A DNA stretch of 64,000 nt, taken from NCBI GenBank assembly GCA_024704765.1, contig JAKMXF010000354.1, forward strand, positions 357,690 through 421,689. Reading direction: 5' to 3'. Under the pieces are notes generated by a model. It made no database searches. It saw only the letters and a list, made by a program, of their open reading frames with translations, and had not been told where the DNA came from. Source of the DNA: Oopsacas minuta (Eukaryota; Animalia; Porifera). Position numbers and translations under genes: made by a program. Positions 23,701-33,324 of the stretch are shown here, in pieces. Numbering within the stretch: position 1 is the first letter of the stretch; the number at the start of each line of letters is the position of its first letter.

Positions 23701-25290
23701 AATGAGATCCCTCTTGAAATCGCAATTCGACAGGACAGAGGAATTGTAAGTATAAGAGATTCATACAGCAATATAGAAGTAGAGATATGTGAGGTGATAT
23801 TCATGAGTGAGGGGATGTATGTAATGGAGAGTCAAACAAATGGAGAGGGGATAAACACTACACAAGTCTGGTGTCAGCTATTTGCGAAACTTCTCACTAC
23901 AGATCATCTCGTGCCTAGCATTATCCTTCCGAAAGGAAACCCAAACATGAATACATGGGTATATGTGAATAAGAGCATTCGCAGAGAATCAATTAATTCC
24001 AATTTAACCTGGTCTCCATACTATTCCTATGAATGGATCACATACTACCCAAAACTTCCAAATAAGGTACATGCTATGGAGGATATCGTGTTACATCCTG
24101 GATACAAGGTTTATACAGGAGGTTTAGCTCAAAGAATGACTCCTGTGTGGAGAAGAAGGACAGATCTGGTGGGTATCCTCTTCTATCACGTGTTAACAAC
24201 ACTTTCCCAGAAATATCTCACTAGTGTCTACTGCAACTATTCTGACTATATATACTCTTTCCTGAAGGATTACTTGAATGATCCAGATGATCAGAAGTAT
24301 AATAAGTTAAACACAGATCTTGAGGGAGAAATACTAATAATAGTACACAAGTGGATATTATCAGTAAATATTGAAAAATTATTCCAAAAAGATAGCAAAT
24401 CATTCTTTGAATTGAAATACTTCTTAGATGCACATTCAGCTACCAGTATCAAAAAGTATAAAGACGTACGTGCAGAAATAAAGATAAGAATACTAGATTC
24501 ATTTCATATATTCGTGTTAAATGAACTCCCGTTTGAAATCCAAAAAGCATCGATTTTATGGATTGAACAATTAGATGAGAATCTCTGGCTAGAGACAGAG
24601 AGATTAGAAGAACCTTTTAGATATCTGATAAACCAAACTGAACAGGGATTAAAGTTTTTCCCAGGAGTAGTATCCTTCTTTCTACCACAGTACAGAGATA
24701 GGAGTTCTATTCCTATAACAGCAGATGTGCTTACACCTGATAAGATATCAGGATATGTGGTGGGAAAGGTAATCGAGTTAAATCTTAGTTATGACGTATT
24801 GAATAATGACAGAACAAGAAATAATCAGTTGGATGGGAAATCGGTGGAGACATTCGAAATGTGGGGGAGCTGGGTAGGACCTAAATACCGTAGACTAGGG
24901 ATTGCAGTTGACATGTACAGATACACCTTTAAAGTTCTACCAACTCAATATCTTACAGTGGATATGAATGAAGGAGTGCAATGGAAATGTGCAATCAATG
25001 CTAAAATAGGGAGCTTGTTTATATGGCTAGGTATAGTGGATTACATTATGGATAACATAGTAGCAAAAGAAGTTGCTTCAAGATGGAATTTTTACTTGGG
25101 AGGTGCTGACCGAAACTTTCAGAGATATTTGTTAAATAATAAATTCATGAAACCACTCGTATATATTGATACAGCTATGAACTATTGTAATAAGAAATAC
25201 GCCAGATGGAGAAGGAAGAAATCAGTGAAATTTATGTACATTTGGGTAATTATAGTAATATTATTGTTAATATTGCTACTGATAATGTGA
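20725..25290 (+). CDS. Large uncharacterised protein, 1521 aa: long helical region, C-terminal GNAT-like domain, C-terminal transmembrane tail
   Basis: Uninterrupted 4.56 kb ORF. GNAT motif A-like FEMWGSWVGPKYRRLGIAVDMY. Ends RWRRKKSVKFMYIWVIIVILLLILLLIM*. Confidence 0.85.
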   Translation: MIKVAGQDIIQVTLEELTSSIDTLKTTNYHEVEEYREHLNHLDVVRLAASSLIQTDTVRSIGSSENLIQYKMDMSKLMQFTCLICIWEDMAGVLLSYTTDMRISLESQKQCYKSLRDMVRYSLNDTQLFSVMFRKLEYTFLRIDNPAQNNIDSDNSELVGDLGKRWNNNRDCSFDIVSNNMQYWNNNDIKKLKLALQREKRVLCVEQLAIKCYTFWRQLIPTDIGDEESKAMSFQIGDRLIFLQRVSCELVRGIEVLFRIISCLENGRLNSFEKIAFDVIGSAFVLIELVNRILKKKSTIPNKIIEFVWLVLAIEPNQQLLTNIHDLLHKVIPKFVKRELGFNSGNSLEELIDFILFYCTRCIQQDKMDICNEVTSLYKSVIDMSRNSLHCTFISECFRFAAFSMKSSIHDSADILAVITKITNKLFHPSDRYRSTTIKLLVNLCTEICLAGENPVSYLQLLIDVVAPIEICKCSQGLTRLVRDFVIAVTIKLNRNCISIHDTIRILVPSVSQIVNQLNRIPKITRALLTVECCTKLITHVSSIHDFEILLCHGLLLIQHVVPDELTIQKASCFFKKLINRFLNRKDTYLLQLAYITYEKFIKQFQTEYVEINTLFYYLLTEAPLAKISHIYHACQSPILENKRLSGLRSIFYLRAMEPVILKIFADISTALCFMQNNKYQSLSYPMEDLMYSFVADILEVIQAEQTEIHIWNHLYERVMQVSFIFIGTADAELDNSNCYKGDLLHLLDVEMPVQLRQLIVTIMKRIIYLDMDGYSQLQSKLAQLMVNSMYLNKNTQKKSENDHLQFNMVNVLESIQENLLVDKFNQNTIKKLISSGYSSKLFKYNIQQQAQTYSHHIATNEQKQNTFILSHYREFQHIIKTLHIGVYWFSHNKVYVHDIFKGELSPELFQDRLRYAKMYLFKFVNKGKKYSQHLKAIQALEQERNYKHNLKSKNLINSRHTLTITLLTQFYHTLISSSDTIDHSIRPLGAHNEIPLEIAIRQDRGIVSIRDSYSNIEVEICEVIFMSEGMYVMESQTNGEGINTTQVWCQLFAKLLTTDHLVPSIILPKGNPNMNTWVYVNKSIRRESINSNLTWSPYYSYEWITYYPKLPNKVHAMEDIVLHPGYKVYTGGLAQRMTPVWRRRTDLVGILFYHVLTTLSQKYLTSVYCNYSDYIYSFLKDYLNDPDDQKYNKLNTDLEGEILIIVHKWILSVNIEKLFQKDSKSFFELKYFLDAHSATSIKKYKDVRAEIKIRILDSFHIFVLNELPFEIQKASILWIEQLDENLWLETERLEEPFRYLINQTEQGLKFFPGVVSFFLPQYRDRSSIPITADVLTPDKISGYVVGKVIELNLSYDVLNNDRTRNNQLDGKSVETFEMWGSWVGPKYRRLGIAVDMYRYTFKVLPTQYLTVDMNEGVQWKCAINAKIGSLFIWLGIVDYIMDNIVAKEVASRWNFYLGGADRNFQRYLLNNKFMKPLVYIDTAMNYCNKKYARWRRKKSVKFMYIWVIIVILLLILLLIM

Positions 25291-25436
25291 TTTATGCTTA
25301 TATATTACCCTGTTTAGATGTGCACTGAATAAACAATACTAGTGAGATATATATTAATATTAATATACCCACTGAATTGAAATAAATACATTCATGCATT
25401 AAAACATTCATCATTTAAGTCTTCAGAAAATTCACA

Positions 25437-26342
25437 TTATTTATGTTCGTATATGCCTGAATAATAGTGAGTTATAATTCCATAGTCTGTAGCTGTAATT
25501 ATATGAAATTCATTACTCAATGCTAAACCAACTAATCGAGAACTATAGCCACCAGGATTTCCGTAGTATCGTAGTCTACCATTGAGATACCAAACTGCTA
25601 GCTTATCACATGTGTAGCTACCGATGAGTAAATTACTCAGAGGATCGAGACAGGTAAAACCCATAAGGGGACTTTTGAAATGAGAGCAGTTCAATTTTAC
25701 AGTTTGCAAAAGTTCTTTTGTAGATAATGAATAGCGTAGAATTATATTCCGTCTAAGTCCTGAACACAGAACTACCATATTATCATCCTGTATTCTAATA
25801 GCAAGAGGACGACACATTTGTTGAATAGTGAAAGCTCCAACCTTATCTAAATCCAGTGAATAGATATCAATTTGAGTATTTTCTAGGGCAATTAATGGTC
25901 TAGGATCGAAAAATGTATAAATTTTATCGTCTTTATCGCAATAGAAAATATTGATTTTCTTGCTCTTGGCATTATAACCATTCCATCGAGTTAGTTCATC
26001 ATTTATCCCTGTTGTTAGCATTATGTTATCTGATAAATGCAAGCCTATTAGACAAAAAGAGGGAAATATGTCATAAATTGTCACCAAGTCTCCATCTAAA
26101 GTGTAGATCTTAACCAAGGTATGGTGCCTATCGAGGGTTTCAGTGAGTACAGCCATTAGTGATCTGGTAGAGTGAAGACAAAATGCTCGGAGAGAGCTTA
26201 AAGTATCAAATTCTCTATATTTGTTCTTAGTAAACCGATAAATTTCTTTGAGTTTATGAGTAGAATTTGTTTCAATTTTCTGTTTCTTAATTATTGCCTC
26301 TTTAACTTTTACTTCTTTGTCACTGGAAGTACGTTTTGGCAT
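25437..26342 (-). CDS. Lineage-specific 301-aa beta-strand-rich (possibly propeller-like) protein, intact copy of a tandem pair
   Basis: Intact ATG-stop ORF with a paralogous decayed copy immediately upstream; fold is a guess from repeated short beta-type segments. Confidence 0.7.
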   Translation of the reverse strand: MPKRTSSDKEVKVKEAIIKKQKIETNSTHKLKEIYRFTKNKYREFDTLSSLRAFCLHSTRSLMAVLTETLDRHHTLVKIYTLDGDLVTIYDIFPSFCLIGLHLSDNIMLTTGINDELTRWNGYNAKSKKINIFYCDKDDKIYTFFDPRPLIALENTQIDIYSLDLDKVGAFTIQQMCRPLAIRIQDDNMVVLCSGLRRNIILRYSLSTKELLQTVKLNCSHFKSPLMGFTCLDPLSNLLIGSYTCDKLAVWYLNGRLRYYGNPGGYSSRLVGLALSNEFHIITATDYGIITHYYSGIYEHK

Positions 26343-26597
26343 AATAACAATAATATAGATTATCTAGCATAAGCCTAAACTCCTAAATAACAAAAAGATG
26401 GCCCGTGGCCACCTCTATTACCCTAAATAGTACATGTATACCGCAATAAACAATATTAATGAGATACCAGTAAATATTTCCTCAAATAGCAAGAGTCGCG
26501 TATTAGCAAGGAAATTCTTGCCAAATACGAATAATAGCGAATTTCACTGAATTTCATTATAAAATTATTACAATCTCACTAAACACGTAAAATAAGA

Positions 26598-27503
26598 TTA
26601 TCTAAGTTCATATACACGAATAAGACCATTAGAAATTGAGTAAATTATGTGAAACTCATCAGTTATGGATAAACCAACAAATCGACACCCACGGCCATAG
26701 TTCGAAATACCAACACCAGGACATCGGTAGTATCGTAAGCTACCATTGAGATACCAAACTGCTAGTCTCCTGGTTTATCACAGCCAATGATTAAATTATC
26801 CAGAGGATCAAAACAGAGAAACAACCTAGAGGTAATTTGGAAAAAAGCTGAGTTAAATTTAACAGTTTGAAGAAGTTCTTTTGTAGACAATGAATAGCGC
26901 AGAATTTTACTCCAGTGAGGTTGAAGTTTTGAACACATGACCACCATATTATCTTCTTGTATTCTAATAGTAACAGGACAACACAATTTTTGAATACTGA
27001 ATGCTCCAATATTTTCCAAATCGGGTGAATAAATATAAATTTGAGTATTTTCTTCTTCAGTAAATGTTTTAGAACCTACAATTACATAAATGTTATCGTC
27101 TTTATCACAATCGAAACAAAAATCTTGCATAAAACTGAAGTTCTTAACATTATAACCATTCTGAAGAGTTATTCCATGATATGACTCTGTTGTGAGCATT
27201 ATGTTATCTGATAAATACATATTTATTGGAATCAGAGATCGAGGCGATGTGTTCACAACTTGTTACTAAGTCTCCATCTAAAGTGTAGATTCTAATAAAT
27301 GCATGGAGGTTCCAATAATTAGCTTCAGCGATTACAGCTATTAGTGATTTGGTAGAGCGAAGACATAACGCTCGGAGAGAGCTAAAAGTATCAAATTCTT
27401 TATATTCGTTCTCATTAAACAGATAAATGTGACGAGAATCTATACCTTCTATTTTCTGTTTCCCAACAATATTCTCTTTTACTTTTGTGTCAGGTTTTAG
27501 CAT
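26598..27503 (-). pseudogene. Frameshifted tandem paralog of the 25437-26342 gene
   Basis: Shares EFDTxSSLRAxCL, IYTLDGDLVT, LSDNIMLTT, ILRYSLSTKELLQTVK and AVWYLNG. Homology continues across a frameshift near 27210-27250 and another near 26765-26775, ending at TAA 26598-26600. Confidence 0.8.
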
Positions 27504-27952
27504 AACTATACAGATTACGTAATTAGTATACATACCTATGTTCAATTCATCACTAATCTCCCTATAAAAACTGCTATAAACTATAGTATTTGTGAAAACT
27601 AACATTCTAAATGCTATTAGGCTATTACGTATACATACCGACAGTGTTACCTCTAATTTCAGGGGTAGCGCATCTGACGGGGGGGGTGGTGTCAAAATTC
27701 TGAAGAGAACAACCAATAATCTGGGTGATATGTACAGATAAACATTTTTGAGCAAAATATCCCACGATTCACACTGCATAACTAATTTGGCAATTTATCT
27801 GTTCAAGTCACTAAGATTGTGACAGCAGGTAAAGTTGAAAATATTCTAGCTTAGAATTGTGTATTTATATCCTACAATAATCTAGAAGTTACTACAATCT
27901 GTTTACACTAGGTAACAGATGAGAGAGAGAGAGCTAAAATCTTACAATAATT

Positions 27953-28861
27953 ATGGCTGAATCAAGAGAAGACAGACTGGGAGAGTGTCCAGCTGATACA
28001 GAATTTGTCGGTAAAGCTGATATCTGCAAAGGTTGTCCTGGAAGAGATTACTGCTCAAAGAGTTCAGGCATTGATCCAGATCAGAAGTTCATTGATGTAC
28101 GTATGAACGCAATAAGAAATAAGATATTAATTATGTCAGCGAAGGGTGGAGTAGGAAAATCAACATTAGTCACGTGTCTGGCTATTTCCCTGGCAAAGAA
28201 TGGATCAAAAGTTGGTGTAATTGATTTAGATATATGTGGACCTAGCATTCCATTAATGTTAGGAATTAAACACGAGAATATAATACATTCTGAATACGGT
28301 TGGAAACCGATCATATCTCCTTATTTCGGGATCAAGGTAGTTTCAAGTCAATCTCTCCTAGAATCCTCAGATTCAGCTGTCGTATGGAGAGGGCCAAGGA
28401 AGACAAATCTAGTAAAGACCTTTGTGAAGGATGTGTTCTGGGGCAGGCTAGACTATCTCCTATTCGATCTTCCACCTGGTACTTCAGACGAGCACTTAAC
28501 CTCGACTAAGGTATTAAAAAGCGTGAAATTAAAAGGAGTCTTGCTAGTTACAACTCCACATAAGTTAGCTAAAGACACGATGTGCAAATGTGTAGATTTC
28601 TGTAGGAAAGTGGATGTACCAGTAATAGGAGTTATTGAAAACATGTCACTATATAAATGTCCTTGCTGTGGAGAAACTACAGAAATATACCCAGATGGAG
28701 GAGTAAGCGAGGTGCTGGAGAGAGAAATGGGAGTACAAATGCTAGGTAAACTACCTTTTGAGGACAAACTATCAGAACTAGGAGAGGATAAACTGCTGGA
28801 GGAAGATAGTATCAAGAAGATTGTGGAATATGTCCAGCCTATATGTAAATATATATCATAA
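27953..28861 (+). CDS. NUBP1: Cytosolic Fe-S cluster assembly factor Nbp35/NUBP1-like P-loop NTPase
   Basis: N-terminal Cys cluster CP..CKGCPGRDYC, deviant Walker A SAKGGVGKST, DLDICGPSIP, DLPPGTSDEH, ENMS..CPCCG. Confidence 0.85.
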   Translation: MAESREDRLGECPADTEFVGKADICKGCPGRDYCSKSSGIDPDQKFIDVRMNAIRNKILIMSAKGGVGKSTLVTCLAISLAKNGSKVGVIDLDICGPSIPLMLGIKHENIIHSEYGWKPIISPYFGIKVVSSQSLLESSDSAVVWRGPRKTNLVKTFVKDVFWGRLDYLLFDLPPGTSDEHLTSTKVLKSVKLKGVLLVTTPHKLAKDTMCKCVDFCRKVDVPVIGVIENMSLYKCPCCGETTEIYPDGGVSEVLEREMGVQMLGKLPFEDKLSELGEDKLLEEDSIKKIVEYVQPICKYIS

Positions 28862-29504
28862 TTCGTAATACTGTATTCTGTATATAATAATATAAGGCGA
28901 TGATCGTTCCGCAAGATGAACACCCTTTTGTTAACAGTAGTTTGATAGCAAAGGTGACTTTTCAGGATTTTTGAAAAGTGACCTTTCGCTGTTGTATAAC
29001 GTATTTCCATACTCATTTGTGTTCTTCGTTTGAACGCTCATCGCCGTTAGACAAACCCATAATATAATATAAAAAGCATGAATACAGAACCAACGGGTAG
29101 TCAAAAGCCAAAAAATATATGATTACATGGCGACGGTACTGTTAAACTGGTCGCTAGTACAGGTATCAGTTATAGAGAGTAAACAGATGATGACAGAACT
29201 CTAACTATAAATACATGAAAGAATTATAAAACAACATACAAACTACATACCTACAAACTTCTTGTGATATACCATAGCTCATATCTGAATAAGATTCTGT
29301 GACATCATGATCCTCTGTGTAGTTCAATAGCTACTCCTCCTCCTACAAGAATAACATTGTGCGTCCTATATTACTCAAACAAGGTATTGTTTTGAATTGA
29401 GAGTTTATGAGAAATTATATCAATTTATTAGTCGAAGAAATATAGGTTTATAGTGATAAAGAATAAGTTATCATAATCCTACTCAGTCACCTTGTATAAT
29501 AGCT

Positions 29505-30327
29505 CTAAACTCTTTTCTCAGTCTTCAGTTTAGGAGGTTTAAGGCCTTTGCTCTTCTTTGTTTTTCCGCCTCCTTTCTGGAAGTCTCTCCAATCAGATAC
29601 TCGCTCTCCTCTATGAGATTCCCATTCTACATCCCACTCCTTCTGTTTCTTAGCTTTATCTTCTTCTTCAATTTCTTGCTCTCTCTGTCTCTTCTTCTCA
29701 CTCATTTCTCTTGTCTCCAATTCACGTCTACGTCTCTCAAGGTCTGCAAACATTTTAAGAGTTGTAGCACGTAGATACTGTTCAAATTTAGCTGGATCAT
29801 CCTCATCTATCTTATCACGACCTTGTTTCTTTGCTAATCGTCGTCTTTTCTTAAGCTCGTCTTCACACAAGGACTTAGCATCCGATATTACTCTTTGACA
29901 TTGTCCCAACATTTCCTCATCCTGTAGTTGTCTAGAACATATGAGATAGAATATTGTGAGTCACAAATTAGAACCTTAAAACTGACTTGTACGCTTTGCT
30001 TAAAGCTTCAAAAGCTACTTGTGCCTTATCCCTGTTATCAATATTCTTATCCGGATGAATTATCATAGAGAGACGTCTGTATATCTTCTTAATCTCCTCC
30101 ATACTAGACTCAGGATGTACCTGTAGAACCTCGTAAGGATTAAGATTGAAGTATGATGCTCCTTGTTTGGTTAGACGTTCTATCTGTGTTACTGCTGTTA
30201 GAACAGAATCTCTCTTCTCTATTGATTTAACTTCACTTATAAATTCAGTTAATGTGTCTTCTGATTGAGAATCAAGCTCAGTTGTTGGTGGATTATTAAC
30301 TGGATTCGCATGAATGCCTTCAGCCAT
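29505..30327 (-). CDS. DNAJC8: DnaJ homolog subfamily C member 8, 2 exons
   Basis: QIERLT..YFNLNPYEVLQ, HPDKN, EDDP..F, RVSDWRDFQ, KPPKLK. Phase-2 intron 29932-29986 (GTCAGT..TTCTAG) joins the two ORFs. Confidence 0.95.
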
Positions 30328-30551
30328 CTAATTATTAATAACATAATATTATCTATTAATTAACATTCTTATCGTTGTCATGGTAGTTACAACATTTGAT
30401 TTAAGACAAACGATAATTAATTGTTCTAGAAAATACTGAATAATAGATAAATACGATTTAATGATGTAGTATTCAGAAATGTATATATATATATATACTC
30501 TACGTATACGTAAATAGCCATTTGATCAGGTAGGTAGGTAAAGTGACTGGG

Positions 30552-31676
30552 TTACATCTTGAGACGCTCCAGGGGCTCTGATAACTCCTCAAGTCGTTTG
30601 GAAGGCTTACCCTTCAGTGCATTAGTAGATACTTTGAATGCATCTGGGTTGAATTGTAGATGATCCATGGTTTCTCGTTTGATCGGTTTAGCTAATTCTT
30701 CTAGTCGATTAGAAGCTACTGCGTATAAAGAGGCTTGACTCACAAACCAGGCTACATCTCTAGAGGGCTGATATCTATCAGACAGACTCTTACTCTTGCT
30801 TAGATCGATAGTGCGAGAAGAAGCATTCGCGCTTTTTGCCACCTCAGAAACATCCCATTGTGGGGACCGTACTTGTTCAGGGTAGCGATGTTTGGGCTTA
30901 GAAAGCTCTTCAGTCCTTTCAGAGGAGGAGTGCATCTTAGCTGCAGTGCTTACAGCGCTCTGAACTGACCGGGGCTCCTTATAGTCATAGTGAGTGCCTT
31001 TAGCTGATGCTAGTCTAGCTGTATGAGGACGTACTTTAGCTGTACGAGCATTATCACAGACCTGCCAAATTGGAGAAGAACGTCCACAAGAGAATGCATT
31101 ATTGGGACGGTCCATGGTGTCTATAAAGTCTTGTGGAGGTTCTTTGTGTTGTGCCAGGCGTAACAAACGATCAGTGGGACGAGCCATCAGAGCAGCATCT
31201 CCCACCTCCCATATAGGGGAGGACCGTCCACATGAGAAAGCATGTTCAGAGATATGCTCAGTCTCCATTCTAAAGCTCTTCTTAGCTAAAGCTAAACTCT
31301 CCACACGAGATGATGGATTGGCAATGAGAGCATACCTACTGATTGGACGGATAGGTTCCTGATTACCCCAGCGGAGTTCTGGCCAGAACGAAGTCTCCCA
31401 GGTAGATTTTGTCTGTTTCGGGAGGGATAGGGTAAGGAACCGAGTAGGAGCAGGAGAACTCTTGATTCTACGTACGTGATGTGTGTGAGGTAAGTGAGTA
31501 CGGTGAGCTTCTACAGAACTGAATGCCAACTGTCTAGATTTGTTACTTCTGGTGTGAGGAGCTGTCTTAGAGGCACTGTTTGGTTTGTTTAAATTGTCAG
31601 TAATAGAACCGTCACTCTCTGAACGCTTATGGGACTGCTTTACACCCATAGTATCATCTGAAACTGAGGAGGGCAT
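30552..31676 (-). CDS. THEG: THEG / sperm microtubule-associated protein 2-like
   Basis: Repeated R-L-x-x-L-A-x-[PH]-K units (RVESLALAK, RLLRLAQHK, RTEELSKPK, RLEELAKPIKR) and duplicated AFSCGRSSPIW motif. Confidence 0.8.
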   Translation of the reverse strand: MPSSVSDDTMGVKQSHKRSESDGSITDNLNKPNSASKTAPHTRSNKSRQLAFSSVEAHRTHLPHTHHVRRIKSSPAPTRFLTLSLPKQTKSTWETSFWPELRWGNQEPIRPISRYALIANPSSRVESLALAKKSFRMETEHISEHAFSCGRSSPIWEVGDAALMARPTDRLLRLAQHKEPPQDFIDTMDRPNNAFSCGRSSPIWQVCDNARTAKVRPHTARLASAKGTHYDYKEPRSVQSAVSTAAKMHSSSERTEELSKPKHRYPEQVRSPQWDVSEVAKSANASSRTIDLSKSKSLSDRYQPSRDVAWFVSQASLYAVASNRLEELAKPIKRETMDHLQFNPDAFKVSTNALKGKPSKRLEELSEPLERLKM

Positions 31677-32022
31677 CAGCTAATTAATCAGAATAATATA
31701 GGTTAACAAGATTAGGTAGGTTATTAACATTATAAAACGTCACGTCGATAGACTGGAATGCTATCATTTCTATTGAATAGAAGCCTGAAGGTGTTAAATG
31801 TGACTGTGGAGGTGTCGCACTGCCGCACGGACACAAGGAGGTACTGACTGTCGCCGCAAATCGTTATCGCTATGTGAGCATCTATAGGAGCTGCACTCAC
31901 CAGTAGTATACTTCATCATTATATATATTCATATATGTTTATACAATATAATATATATACAACTAAGAATGTAAATATATTCGACTGACTGTATATAAAC
32001 AGCTAAGATCAGCAGTTTGTGA

Positions 32023-32931
32023 TTAATCACAATAAATATCTAACGGAATCGCTCTACTTATAAATCTATCAACCTTACTTTTCATATCCTCTACAACAGG
32101 ATACCAAAATGAATGAGGTACAGTTATTTCCAGTATTACAACAAGAGTTATACATATTCCATCTCTATCTCCTCCCGTGTGATCTACCCCCGCTACTCCT
32201 ATTACTTTAGGCTCAGCTTTCTTATCCTTCAAAATATCCCTCACTTTCTCACACACGTGATGTCTGACTTTACCAGCTGTAGGTACCTGTATTACAGGTA
32301 AACTCTTGTTGTCATTGAGTAGTACCTGTGTCACACCTTCCTGTCTATTCACACATATTAATCTAACTATAAAGAATTTGTAAGGTAAGACACCAGGTAG
32401 ATATTCCAGTTTATTTTTATTCATTAACCATTTCTGTGTACAGTCTATGAGAGGAATAACATCCCACATTCGCATATTCTGTGTAATGCTATAACTCTTC
32501 AAATCAAACCATCCAGCTTGTATGGACTCTTTATCAGCTTTATCTTTACTCTTTAACTCACCACCAATTACATTACAGTAAAATGTGAATCTTAACCATC
32601 TTCCTCCTCCAGCTTCTACCATCACTAGTGAGACAGGTTGTACCTGTAGTCCTGTCTCTTCTAGTACCTCTCTCATACATCCTTGTTCTATGGTCTCACC
32701 GAGTTCCATGCGTCCAGCTGGTAGGTACCATGTCCCTCTACAGGACTCCTTAGCTTCTTGCATTAATAGTACTTTACCATTGTCAATACAAACTCCTGCT
32801 ACAATGTAGTTAATGCTTCTCTTTACTTCTAGAGGTATGCCTACTTCAATTTCTGGACACGATGAGATAGGATACGGCTTGTAGTCCAGAACGGAGGATA
32901 ATTCCTCCAAATGCTTATCCTTCTCAGCCAC
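32023..32931 (-). CDS. NUDT18: Nudix hydrolase 18 (8-oxo-dGDP phosphatase); start codon unresolved
   Basis: VLLMQEAKESCRGTWYLPAGRMELGETIEQGCMREVLEETGL Nudix box, WLRFTF, KADKESIQAGW. The ORF begins GTG directly after TTAG, with no in-frame ATG before the Nudix domain. Confidence 0.88.
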   Translation of the reverse strand: MAEKDKHLEELSSVLDYKPYPISSCPEIEVGIPLEVKRSINYIVAGVCIDNGKVLLMQEAKESCRGTWYLPAGRMELGETIEQGCMREVLEETGLQVQPVSLVMVEAGGGRWLRFTFYCNVIGGELKSKDKADKESIQAGWFDLKSYSITQNMRMWDVIPLIDCTQKWLMNKNKLEYLPGVLPYKFFIVRLICVNRQEGVTQVLLNDNKSLPVIQVPTAGKVRHHVCEKVRDILKDKKAEPKVIGVAGVDHTGGDRDGICITLVVILEITVPHSFWYPVVEDMKSKVDRFISRAIPLDIYCD

Positions 32932-33324
32932 TAATTCAAGTAAAATATTATTGCATCAAGAGTTGTATATTTTAGCAGATCTATATTTATGTCCAAAAGG
33001 CCAATCCTTATATGAAAGAGCGAAATGTGGAATAAGGGGAAACGGGACCCCAGAATTCAAGGTCACATGAAGTCTCTGATGGAAGTTTAACTATTCGATT
33101 TGCTGTATGGATATGAAATGATTAGCTCATCTCAGGGGGTAATTATCTCAATTCTAAGTTAATGTTAAGAGATTACCGTAGCTTTGACTGGGCAAAATAA
33201 TGCTGTTCTGTTAATTAGCGGAACAATATATACAAGAAACATTCGTGTGGAGCAAATATAGATTATACGTAGAATATTCAAATATGTTTTGGATAATATA
33301 AATCTAAAAAAAGTGGAAATATTT

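Noticed and set aside
27919-27960. Upstream ATG plus (GA)n before NUBP1 as a slippage-controlled N-terminal extension
   Set aside because: Bringing it into frame by changing repeat length creates an immediate TAA; at most an ordinary overlapping uORF.
29251-29375. Minus-strand segment bounded by TATAG and GTATGT
   Set aside because: All three frames contain stops and no downstream partner exon could be assigned; possibly UTR or non-coding.
10563-33066. Scattered plus-strand exon-like islands (about 10563-10618, 11454-11468, 11820-11911, 17990-18043, 29127-29162, 31781-31840, 32980-33066) as one giant host gene
   Set aside because: Short AG..GT-bounded open stretches are expected by chance, the peptides match nothing I recognise and the phases do not chain; would need RNA-seq.
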